A stretch of 24,679 nucleotides of DNA from a virus (IMGVR_UViG_3300032319_000532:1-24679), one strand, 5' to 3'. Counted from the stretch's first letter, positions 1 through 8,230 are shown. Translations and numbers: made by a program. Notes: generated by a model from the letters alone, not told the origin.

Positions 1-1346
1 CATGTAATTGCTGCTGAAGCTGGAATCCCAATTTTCTCTGCTTCTGCTATGTTAGTTGTTACTGAGTACTCACGAAAATCACCTAATACTTTAGCAAGCT
101 TTTCAGAACCTTCTTGTCCAGAAAAAAATTTGTGTCCAAACTGACCTGTAAGAGAAACTCCTAGCAAGCGCTCTTCTTCAGTATTATCTTTCCAAATTTT
201 ACGAATATATTTAAAGTCTGTAAGTGTTGACTGCCAAGTTCCAAGAATTGTGGCAAGTCTGACTTTATTCTTTACATCTTCAATTGTATCTTTTTCACGA
301 AGTACGACTTCTGAAAGGTTGCAAAACTGATAAGGACGTAAAATAATTTCTGAACACGGGTTAGTTCCGTAGTGAATATCTGCACTACGTCTTCCGTATT
401 TTGCTGCTTGTGATTGTGCTGCTGCAACATTATAAATACCTCTTTCACCTGACTTTGAATCATATACTGATTTCCACTCTGCAATAAATTGTGCCATTTC
501 TGGTTTACGAGAATATGCAACAGAATTATTAGCTAAAGCACGTTGAGCATTTGATTCCCACCAATTACCAGCTTTTGCTGCTGCCATTTCAATATCATTA
601 ATATTAGAAAGAGAAATTAATGCGGAGCGACGAACGCCTCCAACAACAACTACTTCTCCAACTTTACACATAATGTCATGTGCTTCAATTGGTTTAAGTT
701 GACGACCAAGTGCTCCTTTAAAAACCTTAATTGTAAAATCAAAAAGATTAACCAAGGGTTGTGGGCCAGAAGATCTTCCACCCATAGTTTTAAGACGAGC
801 ACCTGAAGGACGAACTTTGCTAATATCAATTTGAGGAATTTGTCCTGCCCAAAGAAGTGAAAGAAGTTCACGATAAGCCTTAGCCCAACCTTCTTTTGAA
901 TCTCCTACAAAAATAACTGTATTTGATTTTTCTAATGTCTCGGGAAGAGCGGGGAGTTTATTAATGTACTTATACTCAACAGAAAATCCTACACCTGTAC
1001 CGCACATAAGAATATACATTGATTCATCAAAAGATCTAGGATTATCTACTGGTATAAATGCACAATTATATCCAGAAACATTTTCTCTTTCTAGTGCTGG
1101 CCCTGCAGTCATTACAGAGCGCATAGATGGCATAACATTACGATTAAATACTGCATCTTTAAGTTCTGCTACAAGTGCTTCATCTGCAACGTAGCCATGG
1201 TTATCACGAAGATGACCTTGCATAAAATTAAAATAACGATCTACTGTTTCACCCCAAGTTTCACGACGGTTTTCATTTTCTAACCATCTTGCGTAGCGTG
1301 ATAATGCAATAAAATTTTCATATGGGTTTTCAATAGTTCTAGACAT
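1..1346 (-). CDS. nrdJ: Class II (adenosylcobalamin-dependent) ribonucleotide reductase, 3' end outside window
   Basis: Manual translation from ATG at 1346 (AGGAG RBS upstream): MSRTIENPYENFIALSRYARW...VMPSMR...GYNC...MCGTGVGFSV...VVVGGVRRSALIS...GTNPCSEI...FCNLSEV. These are RTPR/NrdJ motifs including catalytic NPCxE. Not in the ORF track because it runs off the window. Confidence 0.95.
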   Translation of the reverse strand, partial: MSRTIENPYENFIALSRYARWLENENRRETWGETVDRYFNFMQGHLRDNHGYVADEALVAELKDAVFNRNVMPSMRSVMTAGPALERENVSGYNCAFIPVDNPRSFDESMYILMCGTGVGFSVEYKYINKLPALPETLEKSNTVIFVGDSKEGWAKAYRELLSLLWAGQIPQIDISKVRPSGARLKTMGGRSSGPQPLVNLFDFTIKVFKGALGRQLKPIEAHDIMCKVGEVVVVGGVRRSALISLSNINDIEMAAAKAGNWWESNAQRALANNSVAYSRKPEMAQFIAEWKSVYDSKSGERGIYNVAAAQSQAAKYGRRSADIHYGTNPCSEIILRPYQFCNLSEVVLREKDTIEDVKNKVRLATILGTWQSTLTDFKYIRKIWKDNTEEERLLGVSLTGQFGHKFFSGQEGSEKLAKVLGDFREYSVTTNIAEAEKIGIPASAAIT

Positions 1347-1401
1347 TTAATTTTTCTCCTTGGATTTTTTATATAGAATCTTAGTGTATCATACTGTGAT
1401 T

Positions 1402-2403
1402 CTAGAAATGGTCTTTTTGTATTTTTTTCAATCTCTCAACTGCAGGTTTAGACACTTTTTCCCAATTGTAATCTTTATGGATTAAGAAAGAATTTTTATA
1501 AGCTAATTCTGAATAAGTTTCATAATTTTTTAAAATATTTTTCATGTAATCTTTTAATTGTGCATAGTCTGGTTTTAACATTAATCCTGGATGTGTTTCT
1601 TTCCAAGGAGATTCCCACCATTGTGATTCTAATGGCATTGTTATATATTTTTTATAAGGTGCCCAACCTGAAGTGCAGATTGTTGGAATCCCAGAAGCCA
1701 TTGCTTGAAGTGGATTAAATCCAAAACCTTCTCCCCAAGAAGGATAAACAAAAACATCACACATGTCATAAAGACCACGCATTTGTTCAACACTTAATTC
1801 TGATTCAATAATTTTAATATTACTATAAAAAGCATTTGGTGTTCCAGAAATTTCTCCAGTAACTTTATCATAAACTCTTGTAGTATTCATTTTGCTACAT
1901 TTTAAAATAAGTTCATAGTTTGGATCTTCTCCATATAAAGAAATAAATGCATCTACAACCATTTGAGCATCTTTTCTAAAATATGGTTCTCCCACATGTA
2001 AAAATCTAAAAGGGCGGGAACTATCTAATGAACGTTTCTTAGGAATCCAACTATCATCAATGCCGTGTTCATAAACAAATATTGGTTTGTTAGTATGTTT
2101 AGAAAAAATTTCGGCATTCCATTCAGATGTTGTCCAAAGTTCATCAACTACTTGATTTAAAGGAGTTGCCCACCCCCAAAGTAATTCTGTAGATTCCCAA
2201 GGTGTGTAACCAATTTTGTATTGATCTTTAGCAAATGTATAACGAATTGGTTGAATAAAAGAAATACCAATATTTGGCTCTCTTGATTTAACAATACATT
2301 CTACGCCTAGCTTGTTAAATGAATTAAATATATGATTTGATGCTTCTCCGTAGCCTACACTACGATCCATATATTCGGGAGCACCCGTAAATGAGACACG
2401 CAT
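1402..2403 (-). CDS. Glycosyltransferase, GT4/GT-B family
   Basis: C-terminal YPSWGEGFGFNPLQAMASGIPTI signature, N-terminal GYG loop, RK motif. Confidence 0.88.
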   Translation of the reverse strand: MRVSFTGAPEYMDRSVGYGEASNHIFNSFNKLGVECIVKSREPNIGISFIQPIRYTFAKDQYKIGYTPWESTELLWGWATPLNQVVDELWTTSEWNAEIFSKHTNKPIFVYEHGIDDSWIPKKRSLDSSRPFRFLHVGEPYFRKDAQMVVDAFISLYGEDPNYELILKCSKMNTTRVYDKVTGEISGTPNAFYSNIKIIESELSVEQMRGLYDMCDVFVYPSWGEGFGFNPLQAMASGIPTICTSGWAPYKKYITMPLESQWWESPWKETHPGLMLKPDYAQLKDYMKNILKNYETYSELAYKNSFLIHKDYNWEKVSKPAVERLKKIQKDHF

Positions 2404-2481
2404 AATACTCGTTTCTAGTTGATTTTCTTAGTATATCATGATACGATTGATATTACTACTCTTACCCCCAGGAGGTTCAAA

Positions 2482-3171
2482 ATGAATAATGAGAACATAG
2501 CAAGGATAAATACAGTGTGGACAATGATATTTGTGATGATTATCACATTAATATTTGGAGAAATTTCTCCTGCCCAAGCTTCAATGAAGGAAATGATAGT
2601 GTATAATAAAAATATATTATATATTAATAAATATAATAATTTAGTTAATATAAAAGATATGATTAATATAGATTATAATAATATATTAAATAAAAGAATG
2701 TCTAAAACTCTTTATTTAATTAATGATTTATCGTCTAGAAGCACTTTTTTAATGCCCGAATATAGCCAAGAGCTAAATCTAAAAACAACAAGAGTAGACA
2801 AGCGGGTAATAATCTCAAGACTAGCAAATGCACTTAAATCCACTGAAACAGGTGGAGCGGGAGCATATTATCGCAAGTCGAGATCCAGTTCAGCATGTGG
2901 TGCATACCAATACATGCCTTCAACATGGAATAACTATAAAGGATACAAGGATGCTTGTAAAGCCCCAGAATGGGTTCAGGACCAAAAGATGATTTTGGAA
3001 CTAAACGCTACTTACAATAAGTACCACGATTGGGAAAAAGCTGTTGCAGCACACTTGCTACCATCTAGAGCAGGAGACAAGAAAACTTGGAATAAACGAG
3101 TTCCAGGAAATCCAACTGTTCGACAATATGTAGATTCTGTTTTTAATAGGGCTAACTTAGTGACCGCATAA
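2482..3171 (+). CDS. Lytic transglycosylase / lysozyme-like protein with N-terminal hydrophobic segment
   Basis: AGGAGG RBS before ATG 2482; hydrophobic N-terminus ending AQA; ETGG (catalytic Glu candidate), GAYQYMPSTW, QD and YV motifs typical of SLT/Rpf-like folds. Confidence 0.72.
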   Translation: MNNENIARINTVWTMIFVMIITLIFGEISPAQASMKEMIVYNKNILYINKYNNLVNIKDMINIDYNNILNKRMSKTLYLINDLSSRSTFLMPEYSQELNLKTTRVDKRVIISRLANALKSTETGGAGAYYRKSRSSSACGAYQYMPSTWNNYKGYKDACKAPEWVQDQKMILELNATYNKYHDWEKAVAAHLLPSRAGDKKTWNKRVPGNPTVRQYVDSVFNRANLVTA

Positions 3172-3401
3172 TGCGAATACAAGTCTTTTCAGAATACTTA
3201 CAACTAGCACAGGCGGGGAAGGTAAACTTCCTCGCCTGTCCTATGCATCAAGATCAAGAAGCAAAATTTCCATTAGCGCATCAACAAGAAGAAGATAAAA
3301 TTGTGCTACATTGTTTTGCATGTGGGTATAAAAATGCTGCTGGATATATACTATATAATAATTTAATTGAACTTATAGAAAAAAATAGCATTGAGCAATG
3401 A
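3171..3401 (+). CDS. Small putative zinc-binding protein
   Basis: CPMH...CFAC; start overlaps upstream stop (TAATG). Confidence 0.6.
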   Translation: MRIQVFSEYLQLAQAGKVNFLACPMHQDQEAKFPLAHQQEEDKIVLHCFACGYKNAAGYILYNNLIELIEKNSIEQ

Positions 3402-4272
3402 TTGTTACAAAGAATATGGTTTTTATCCAATATCTTTTAGTTACCCTAAAAAATCTTATCTATATATAAAAAATCAGCTTGTATCTGGCATAATTCCTCA
3501 AGACAATCAAGTGCCTGGATATAAATACGATTATGATAACGAATTAGAATATTTGCAAGAGTATCAAAGATCTCATTATGGATTAACCCATAAAAAAACA
3601 GGCTGGGACTGCATGAGGCACTTAGAAATTCTTTACTCTGGAACAACTCCACTTATGCCTGATGCAGCACAAATACCTAAATATACAATGACACACCACC
3701 CAAAAGAATTATATGCTCAAATATATGATCGTTTTCAAAAAACAAATGAGCCGCCGAGAGAAGAAGATATAAAAATAATTTCGGCAAATTTTAATAATAA
3801 TCTTACATGCAAGGCAATGGCACAATATGTGTTAAATACCATAAATATCAATCCTAAAACAATTTTATATGTAGATGAGTCACTTCCTCAAAGAGAAGAT
3901 TATCTTAGCATGATGACTTTAATTGGATTTAAACAATTAATGGGTACAAGGTGCGTAGAAGCCTTTATAACGCCTTACCTATATGATACCTATACCCCAA
4001 GTACCAAAACGCTTTATGGGCGGGGATTTGGCTATTCTAAGACCCTTCCAGCAAAGATTATAAGTGGGGCAAAAGGACTACAGGACATAAATAGCTTTGA
4101 TTTGGTCGTATTAGGCAATTTAAGGCAAAATGTACATTTATTAAATATACTTGAAAAATCAAATGTGCCCTTAGTATATTTATACGGAGAAGATTTTAGT
4201 CCTGCAGAATTAGGTCATTTAGATTTAATTCATAATTCAAAATCAACCACATTTGTGCGGGAAATCCATTGA
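3391..4272 (+). CDS. Hypothetical protein, possibly glycosyltransferase-like
   Basis: 293 aa ORF; GWDCMRHLEIL..GTTP resembles the GT-B/exostosin-like G.D..R..E....G..P motif. Confidence 0.5.
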   Translation: MSNDCYKEYGFYPISFSYPKKSYLYIKNQLVSGIIPQDNQVPGYKYDYDNELEYLQEYQRSHYGLTHKKTGWDCMRHLEILYSGTTPLMPDAAQIPKYTMTHHPKELYAQIYDRFQKTNEPPREEDIKIISANFNNNLTCKAMAQYVLNTININPKTILYVDESLPQREDYLSMMTLIGFKQLMGTRCVEAFITPYLYDTYTPSTKTLYGRGFGYSKTLPAKIISGAKGLQDINSFDLVVLGNLRQNVHLLNILEKSNVPLVYLYGEDFSPAELGHLDLIHNSKSTTFVREIH

Positions 4273-4306
4273 GCCGAAAAATGAAGAAGCATGTTATAAT
4301 AAAAAA

Positions 4307-4546
4307 ATGAAAGCGTATATAGAAGCACATGATGAAAATGAAGACAATTTTTCCATATTACTTTCCCATAAAGATATACTCCTGGGTAAGGTTGAATTGG
4401 ATCATCAATTGCCATGGCTTTATACCGCCACAAATGATGATGGCGATTTAATAATTAATAATTCGGCGGGAATGGAAGCCAATAAATGGGATCATATAAC
4501 CAAAGAAATTACAGGAGATAAGGGAGAGCAGACATGGGTAATATAA
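4307..4546 (+). CDS. Hypothetical protein (likely leaderless)
   Basis: ATG 4307 lies 6 nt after TGTTATAAT. Confidence 0.6.
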   Translation: MKAYIEAHDENEDNFSILLSHKDILLGKVELDHQLPWLYTATNDDGDLIINNSAGMEANKWDHITKEITGDKGEQTWVI

Positions 4547-4770
4547 ACGATGAATTAGATCATATAGATCCTATACTAGAGATATTAGAGAATTTAAGAG
4601 AGTTATCTGGTGCAATTTTTATTCAATCCCAGCGAAATTATGATATGTTAGCTCTAATAGCAGAGAAGCTAGGTGCTGATGTTGATAGTATGTTATTTAA
4701 GCACCAACAAGGACAAGTCCTTGCTCCCCCGCCTTCTTTTGTATTTGAAAATGATGAAATTGAAGAGTAA
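4534..4770 (+). CDS. Hypothetical acidic protein
   Basis: 78 aa ORF with GGGAG RBS. Confidence 0.6.
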   Translation: MGNINDELDHIDPILEILENLRELSGAIFIQSQRNYDMLALIAEKLGADVDSMLFKHQQGQVLAPPPSFVFENDEIEE

Positions 4771-4833
4771 AGTATAGGTTTAGAGTTTATAAATCTAATT
4801 AAATACACATAAGCACTGATTTTATTAAAAATA

Positions 4834-4849
4834 TGTGATCTAAGTCACA
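4834..4849. promoter_or_regulatory. CRP/GlxR-type box (first of 15 in window)
   Basis: TGTGA-tctaag-TCACA, perfect consensus. Confidence 0.7.
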
Positions 4850-4990
4850 TTTTTATGCTCTTTTAGATGATTTGATAGCGTCATATGAGCAAAACCTGAT
4901 CTAGATTGTATTTCTTTCTTACAAATATCGCATATAACTATTCTCATAGCTAAATTCTAGCAGTTCCCGTCCAATTTGTCCAAATATATG

Positions 4991-5371
4991 TTACTGGTGA
5001 GTATTATATTTTAGATTATCTAGGCAATTGTTTAATTTATTACCGTCAATATGAGAAATTACTTGGCCTTCCCCCGCAATTCCTATAAAAGCTTGCATTA
5101 CTAAGGTGCTAGTTCTAAAATTACGCTTATTTTTTTCTGCATTATAGAGTGCATGTTGAATATAGCCACCTGAATCTGATCTACCATTTAAAATATGATA
5201 ATCACGTAGCTCTTTTCTAATACCTGTATCTTTTCTAGGACGACCATATCGTTGTCTCTTTGTTCTTACCCGCCCCATATTTGATACTTCATATCCTATG
5301 GGCTCATAGGATCCATTTTTATTTATAATGGTCGGTATGACTTTCCAAATTTCATTTTCTAAGTTTTCCAT
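4991..5371 (-). CDS. NUMOD4-HNH homing endonuclease
   Basis: EIWKVI...YEVSNMGRVR (NUMOD4); LVMQAFIG...HIDGNKLNNCLDNL (HNH_3); leaderless after TTGATC-N18-TATAAT. Confidence 0.85.
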   Translation of the reverse strand: MENLENEIWKVIPTIINKNGSYEPIGYEVSNMGRVRTKRQRYGRPRKDTGIRKELRDYHILNGRSDSGGYIQHALYNAEKNKRNFRTSTLVMQAFIGIAGEGQVISHIDGNKLNNCLDNLKYNTHQ

Positions 5372-5553
5372 AGCTTAATTATAGCACACTATTTAAGTTT
5401 GATCAAAATGTGAATGGAATTTTAATTTGTATGATTCCATTTTTAAAATCGCTTTTTGAAAAAAAATAGAGCGCACATATGGACCAAATCGGACATTTTG
5501 TCTAATATGTGGGCTATATCACATAAATTTATTGCGACACGCCGTGTTTTAAC

Positions 5554-5582
5554 TTGACTTTTGGCAAATAGTGTGCTATAGT
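5554..5582 (+). promoter_or_regulatory. Housekeeping-sigma promoter
   Basis: TTGACT-N17-TATAGT with extended -10 TG, preceded by GCGACACGCC. Confidence 0.75.
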
Positions 5583-5632
5583 TATACTATAAAGAAAATC
5601 AAGAAAGGTTCTTGATAAAGAAAGGAATTCAA

Positions 5633-5776
5633 ATGAATTCACTATTTGAAAATAAAAATGTTCTAGGTCGTGCGTATGACCTAATCGCTTGCGATACCTG
5701 CGGTGGACTCACCGCTTGGACACGATGTGTAATGTGTGGCGGTGAATACGCTAAACATTCGCTAAATGTGAGGTAA
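5633..5776 (+). CDS. 47 aa zinc-ribbon-like microprotein
   Basis: AAGGA RBS; MNSLFENK...CDTC...CVMC. Confidence 0.65.
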   Translation: MNSLFENKNVLGRAYDLIACDTCGGLTAWTRCVMCGGEYAKHSLNVR

Positions 5777-5810
5777 ATCACATAGACACACCCCCTAAAA
5801 AGGGTCAAAA

Positions 5811-5832
5811 TGTCAGTCCCTAGTGCTATACT
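5811..5832 (+). promoter_or_regulatory. PafBC/RecA-NDp-type promoter
   Basis: TGTCAG-N10-TATACT. Confidence 0.8.
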
Positions 5833-5950
5833 AGCGACATAACTAAATAAAAGAAATCTTAGGTGAGCCCCTAGTAATAGGGCAAATAATCCTAAGCAAG
5901 GAAAATAGATAACACAAGGTTATCTAGTATAAAAGAAAGTAGGTCATAAA

Positions 5951-6175
5951 ATGACTAACTATAATAAAACAATTACTAATGAATTAGTAAGTGAGTATGG
6001 TATAGGTATCCTATCATCATCTCATAAGTCCCCCCTTCTCCCTATCCGTATCGCTCAGCGTATCGCTAACAGATACCCTAGTGATTTCTCACAGGGTCGC
6101 TATAATGCGACACTAAACCCTAAAGCGGTCATAATCGCTAAGCGATATATGTCCCTAGTAATGGGGGTCAAGTAA
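5951..6175 (+). CDS. Hypothetical protein
   Basis: 74 aa ORF with RBS. Confidence 0.65.
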   Translation: MTNYNKTITNELVSEYGIGILSSSHKSPLLPIRIAQRIANRYPSDFSQGRYNATLNPKAVIIAKRYMSLVMGVK

Positions 6176-6282
6176 TGACTAATAGAATAATTACTAGCCT
6201 AGTTCAATTAGCCTTAGCGGGTATTGTCATACCCCTATGCTATGCTATCTACCTAGACATAAAGAAAGGCGGACTAAACTAA
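6175..6282 (+). CDS. 35 aa membrane microprotein
   Basis: TAATG-coupled at both ends; hydrophobic core ITSLVQLALAGIVIPLCYAIYL. Confidence 0.55.
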   Translation: MTNRIITSLVQLALAGIVIPLCYAIYLDIKKGGLN

Positions 6283-6428
6283 TGGGATACACTTACTCTT
6301 GGGAAAAGACCTCTACTCTATCCCCCCTTGATTTCATACAAGACCAAAATGATATTTGGGAACAAGAAAACTCAGATGAGTTTCAGTTTATAGATACACC
6401 TGATTTTGACCCCGATGAAATCCTCTAA
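6282..6428 (+). CDS. 48 aa acidic microprotein
   Basis: AAGG RBS, TAATG coupling; MGYTYSWEK...DFDPDEIL. Confidence 0.6.
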   Translation: MGYTYSWEKTSTLSPLDFIQDQNDIWEQENSDEFQFIDTPDFDPDEIL

Positions 6429-6439
6429 ATTTGACAAAA

Positions 6440-6461
6440 TGTCAGACCCTAGTGATATACT
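6440..6461 (+). promoter_or_regulatory. PafBC/RecA-NDp-type promoter
   Basis: TGTCAG-N10-TATACT. Confidence 0.8.
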
Positions 6462-6498
6462 AGGAAATCAACCAACAAAAGAAAAGGAAAAAAAATAA

Positions 6499-6666
6499 AT
6501 GACAGTAGCAAATAAAACATACGCAATCGGCGACCTCTTTACTACACAGCGTAGTAATGTAACAGGAACAATTACAGAAATTGTCCCAGTAACAGAAAAC
6601 CGCACTCGTGTAAAGTTATCGCTTGATAATGGCGAATATCGCTGGACAACAGTAACAATCAAGTAA
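6499..6666 (+). CDS. 55 aa beta-rich (SH3/KOW-like) microprotein, paralog A
   Basis: MTVANKTYAIGDLFTTQRSNVTGTITEIVPVTENRTRVKLSLDNGEYRWTTVTIK; AAGGA RBS. Confidence 0.75.
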   Translation: MTVANKTYAIGDLFTTQRSNVTGTITEIVPVTENRTRVKLSLDNGEYRWTTVTIK

Positions 6667-6684
6667 GTTTAGCAAACGCTAAAA

Positions 6685-6712
6685 TATCCTGAGCAAGATA
6701 AAAAAAGGCTCA
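6685..6712 (+). ncRNA. H-type pseudoknot motif copy 1
   Basis: TATC-ctgagcaa-GATA-A6-gGCTCA. Confidence 0.6.
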
Positions 6713-6749
6713 ACACAAAACCCAACAAAAGAAAAGGATATAAAATATA

Positions 6750-6920
6750 ATGACACTACAAGGATACACTTACCAAATCGGAGATTTATTTACTACAAGC
6801 AAAACAGGCGTTACAGGTCGTATCGCTTCTTTCTCCCCGATTTCTAATAAAGTAACTCGTGTAAATTTAATTTTAGCAAATGGTTCACGCCGTTTCGCTA
6901 TGGTAAAAACAAGCAAGTAA
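6750..6920 (+). CDS. 56 aa beta-rich microprotein, paralog B
   Basis: MTLQGYTYQIGDLFTTSKTGVTGRIASFSPISNKVTRVNLILANGSRRFAMVKTSK. Confidence 0.75.
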   Translation: MTLQGYTYQIGDLFTTSKTGVTGRIASFSPISNKVTRVNLILANGSRRFAMVKTSK

Positions 6921-6936
6921 TGTTATACTAAATATA

Positions 6937-7015
6937 ATTAAGTGGGTCGGGCTTCGCTGAGTCTCGAGGCAAGAGTGCGAGTAAGTCTCCGTAATCAACC
7001 TATGCCCCACTTAAT
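6937..7015 (+). ncRNA. Candidate structured RNA or leader
   Basis: 10-bp closing stem ATTAAGTGGG/CCCACTTAAT starting ~7 nt after TGTTATACT. Confidence 0.4.
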
Positions 7016-7046
7016 CTATTAACTAAAGAAAAGGAAAAGAACAAAA

Positions 7047-7229
7047 ATGATGACAAGAAAAGACTATGTAGCAACCGCAGAAATTCTAAACTCTTATGGT
7101 GATGAAATTCCGCAACAAGTTTTTGAAGATTTAGTCTATGATTTTTCACAAATGTTTTCAGATGATAACGAAAAATTTGATAGCGATAGATTTCACGAAG
7201 AAGTTTATAAAAATCTAAAACACGCATAA
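7047..7229 (+). CDS. Hypothetical phage protein (MMTRKDY family), paralog A
   Basis: AAGGA RBS; similar to 9012..9206. Confidence 0.8.
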   Translation: MMTRKDYVATAEILNSYGDEIPQQVFEDLVYDFSQMFSDDNEKFDSDRFHEEVYKNLKHA

Positions 7230-7235
7230 AAAAAT

Positions 7236-7261
7236 AACCTGAGCAAGTTTCAAAACTGCTC
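7236..7261 (+). ncRNA. H-type pseudoknot motif copy 2
   Basis: AAC-ctgagcaa-GTT-tcaaaac-TGCTC. Confidence 0.55.
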
Positions 7262-7286
7262 CCAGCTTTTTCAAGATCATCAGCGT

Positions 7287-7302
7287 TCGAACATCTGTTC
7301 GA
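7287..7302. promoter_or_regulatory. Actinobacterial/Gram-positive LexA (SOS) box
   Basis: TCGAAC-atct-GTTCGA, perfect match to TCGAAC-N4-GTTCGA. Confidence 0.8.
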
Positions 7303-7323
7303 AAGCGTCGATGGATCGATGAG

Positions 7324-7356
7324 TTATCCACAGGTTTATACACAGGCTGTGGATTA
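7324..7356. promoter_or_regulatory. Cluster of three DnaA boxes
   Basis: TTATCCACA (7324), TTATACACA (7336), inverted TGTGGATTA (7348, 1 mismatch). Confidence 0.75.
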
Positions 7357-7358
7357 TT

Positions 7359-7380
7359 GTTCACCTGTTGTTCATCTTGA
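7359..7380 (+). promoter_or_regulatory. PhoP/RegX3-type (OmpR family) 11-bp direct repeat
   Basis: GTTCACCTGTT GTTCATCTTGA. Confidence 0.55.
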
Positions 7381-7403
7381 AATCCTGCGACACGCCGAGG
7401 AAA

Positions 7404-7425
7404 TGTCAGTGGTGCCTGTTATACT
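7404..7425 (+). promoter_or_regulatory. PafBC/RecA-NDp-type promoter
   Basis: TGTCAG-N10-TATACT. Confidence 0.8.
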
Positions 7426-7477
7426 TACAGCATAAAGAAAGTTGAGAAAGGTTCTCAAACTAGAAAGGTGGTCTAAA

Positions 7478-7651
7478 ATGACTACATATACACTAAACAC
7501 TCTCCCTGTAGAGTATGCAAATAAAATTGTTTGCGCCTTCTGTTCACAATACGCTAATGAAAATTTCTGCGTATCTTGTAATGAATACAAGGGTCTAATG
7601 ACTCTTGCAGAATTTATGTCCTACTATGAAATAAGTGAGTGGGTAAAATAA
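7478..7651 (+). CDS. Zinc-finger-like microprotein
   Basis: AAGGTGG RBS; CAFC...CVSC. Confidence 0.7.
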   Translation: MTTYTLNTLPVEYANKIVCAFCSQYANENFCVSCNEYKGLMTLAEFMSYYEISEWVK

Positions 7652-7863
7652 TGAGTAATATAGAAATATTCCGTATGGATAATAATGGTGCTGGTTGGGT
7701 AGATATTGAATCTGCCACTACCGCAGAATTATTGGATTTAGAATTAGCAATAACATTCAATGCTCCAATGCAAATGCAATGTTTCAAATGTCATACACCA
7801 ATTCCAAAAGGAAATGTGTGTGTAAATCACAAAAATGTAAAAGGAGGAATTTACCTTGGATAA
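7651..7863 (+). CDS. Zinc-finger-like microprotein
   Basis: TAATG coupling; CFKC...CVNH. Confidence 0.65.
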   Translation: MSNIEIFRMDNNGAGWVDIESATTAELLDLELAITFNAPMQMQCFKCHTPIPKGNVCVNHKNVKGGIYLG

Positions 7864-7969
7864 TAAAAATACAAAAGATATTTTTGGTTTTGCAGATGCA
7901 ATTGAAATTGAACATCTTAGCACTGAAGATTTAAAAATTGTTGAATTAATTTTTAAAGATTTCAAATAA
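7856..7969 (+). CDS. 37 aa hypothetical protein
   Basis: AGGAGG RBS before TTG; ends just before terminator. Confidence 0.5.
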   Translation: MDNKNTKDIFGFADAIEIEHLSTEDLKIVELIFKDFK

Positions 7970-7971
7970 AT

Positions 7972-8009
7972 AAAAAAAAGATTTGCAGTGTAACAGCTGC
8001 AAATTTTTT
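7972..8009 (+). terminator. Intrinsic terminator (repeated type)
   Basis: ATTTGCAG/CTGCAAAT stem plus T-run; same type at 9350 and 10536. Confidence 0.75.
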
Positions 8010-8230
8010 GATCGACGCACTCGGGCGTGTCGCATGTGATTAAGAACACATAAATATTTTTACGGAATACGGCGTGTCGGCTTGACTTTTGCGATATAGT
8101 GTGCTATAATACTCGTATATAAAATTAAATAATGGAATAAAGCGTGTGATGCAAATCACACCGCTGAGCGTCTCAAAGGTTGAGACTACCAGCCAGTATA
8201 CTAGACAGTAGCGATATTATCTGTTATACT
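7995..8230 (+). repeat. Regulatory cassette copy
   Basis: GATCGACGCACTCGGGCGTGTCGC core, CRP boxes 8035 and 8145, TTGACT-N17-TATAAT (8082), TCTCA-N5-TGAGA (8171), two TAC-N6-GTA, TAGACA-N17-TATACT. Confidence 0.8.

Noticed and set aside
272-1194. ORF-track ORFs 272..520, 650..871, 964..1194
   Set aside because: Alternative-frame or antisense shadows of nrdJ
6685-6712. Hammerhead ribozyme or preQ1-I riboswitch for the CTGAGCAA motif
   Set aside because: Lacks the CUGANGA/GAAA three-stem core and the preQ1-I conserved nucleotides
7324-7356. Bacterial oriC
   Set aside because: Only three boxes, no adjacent unwinding element or dnaA/dnaN, and a phage-like context; a phage origin is not excluded
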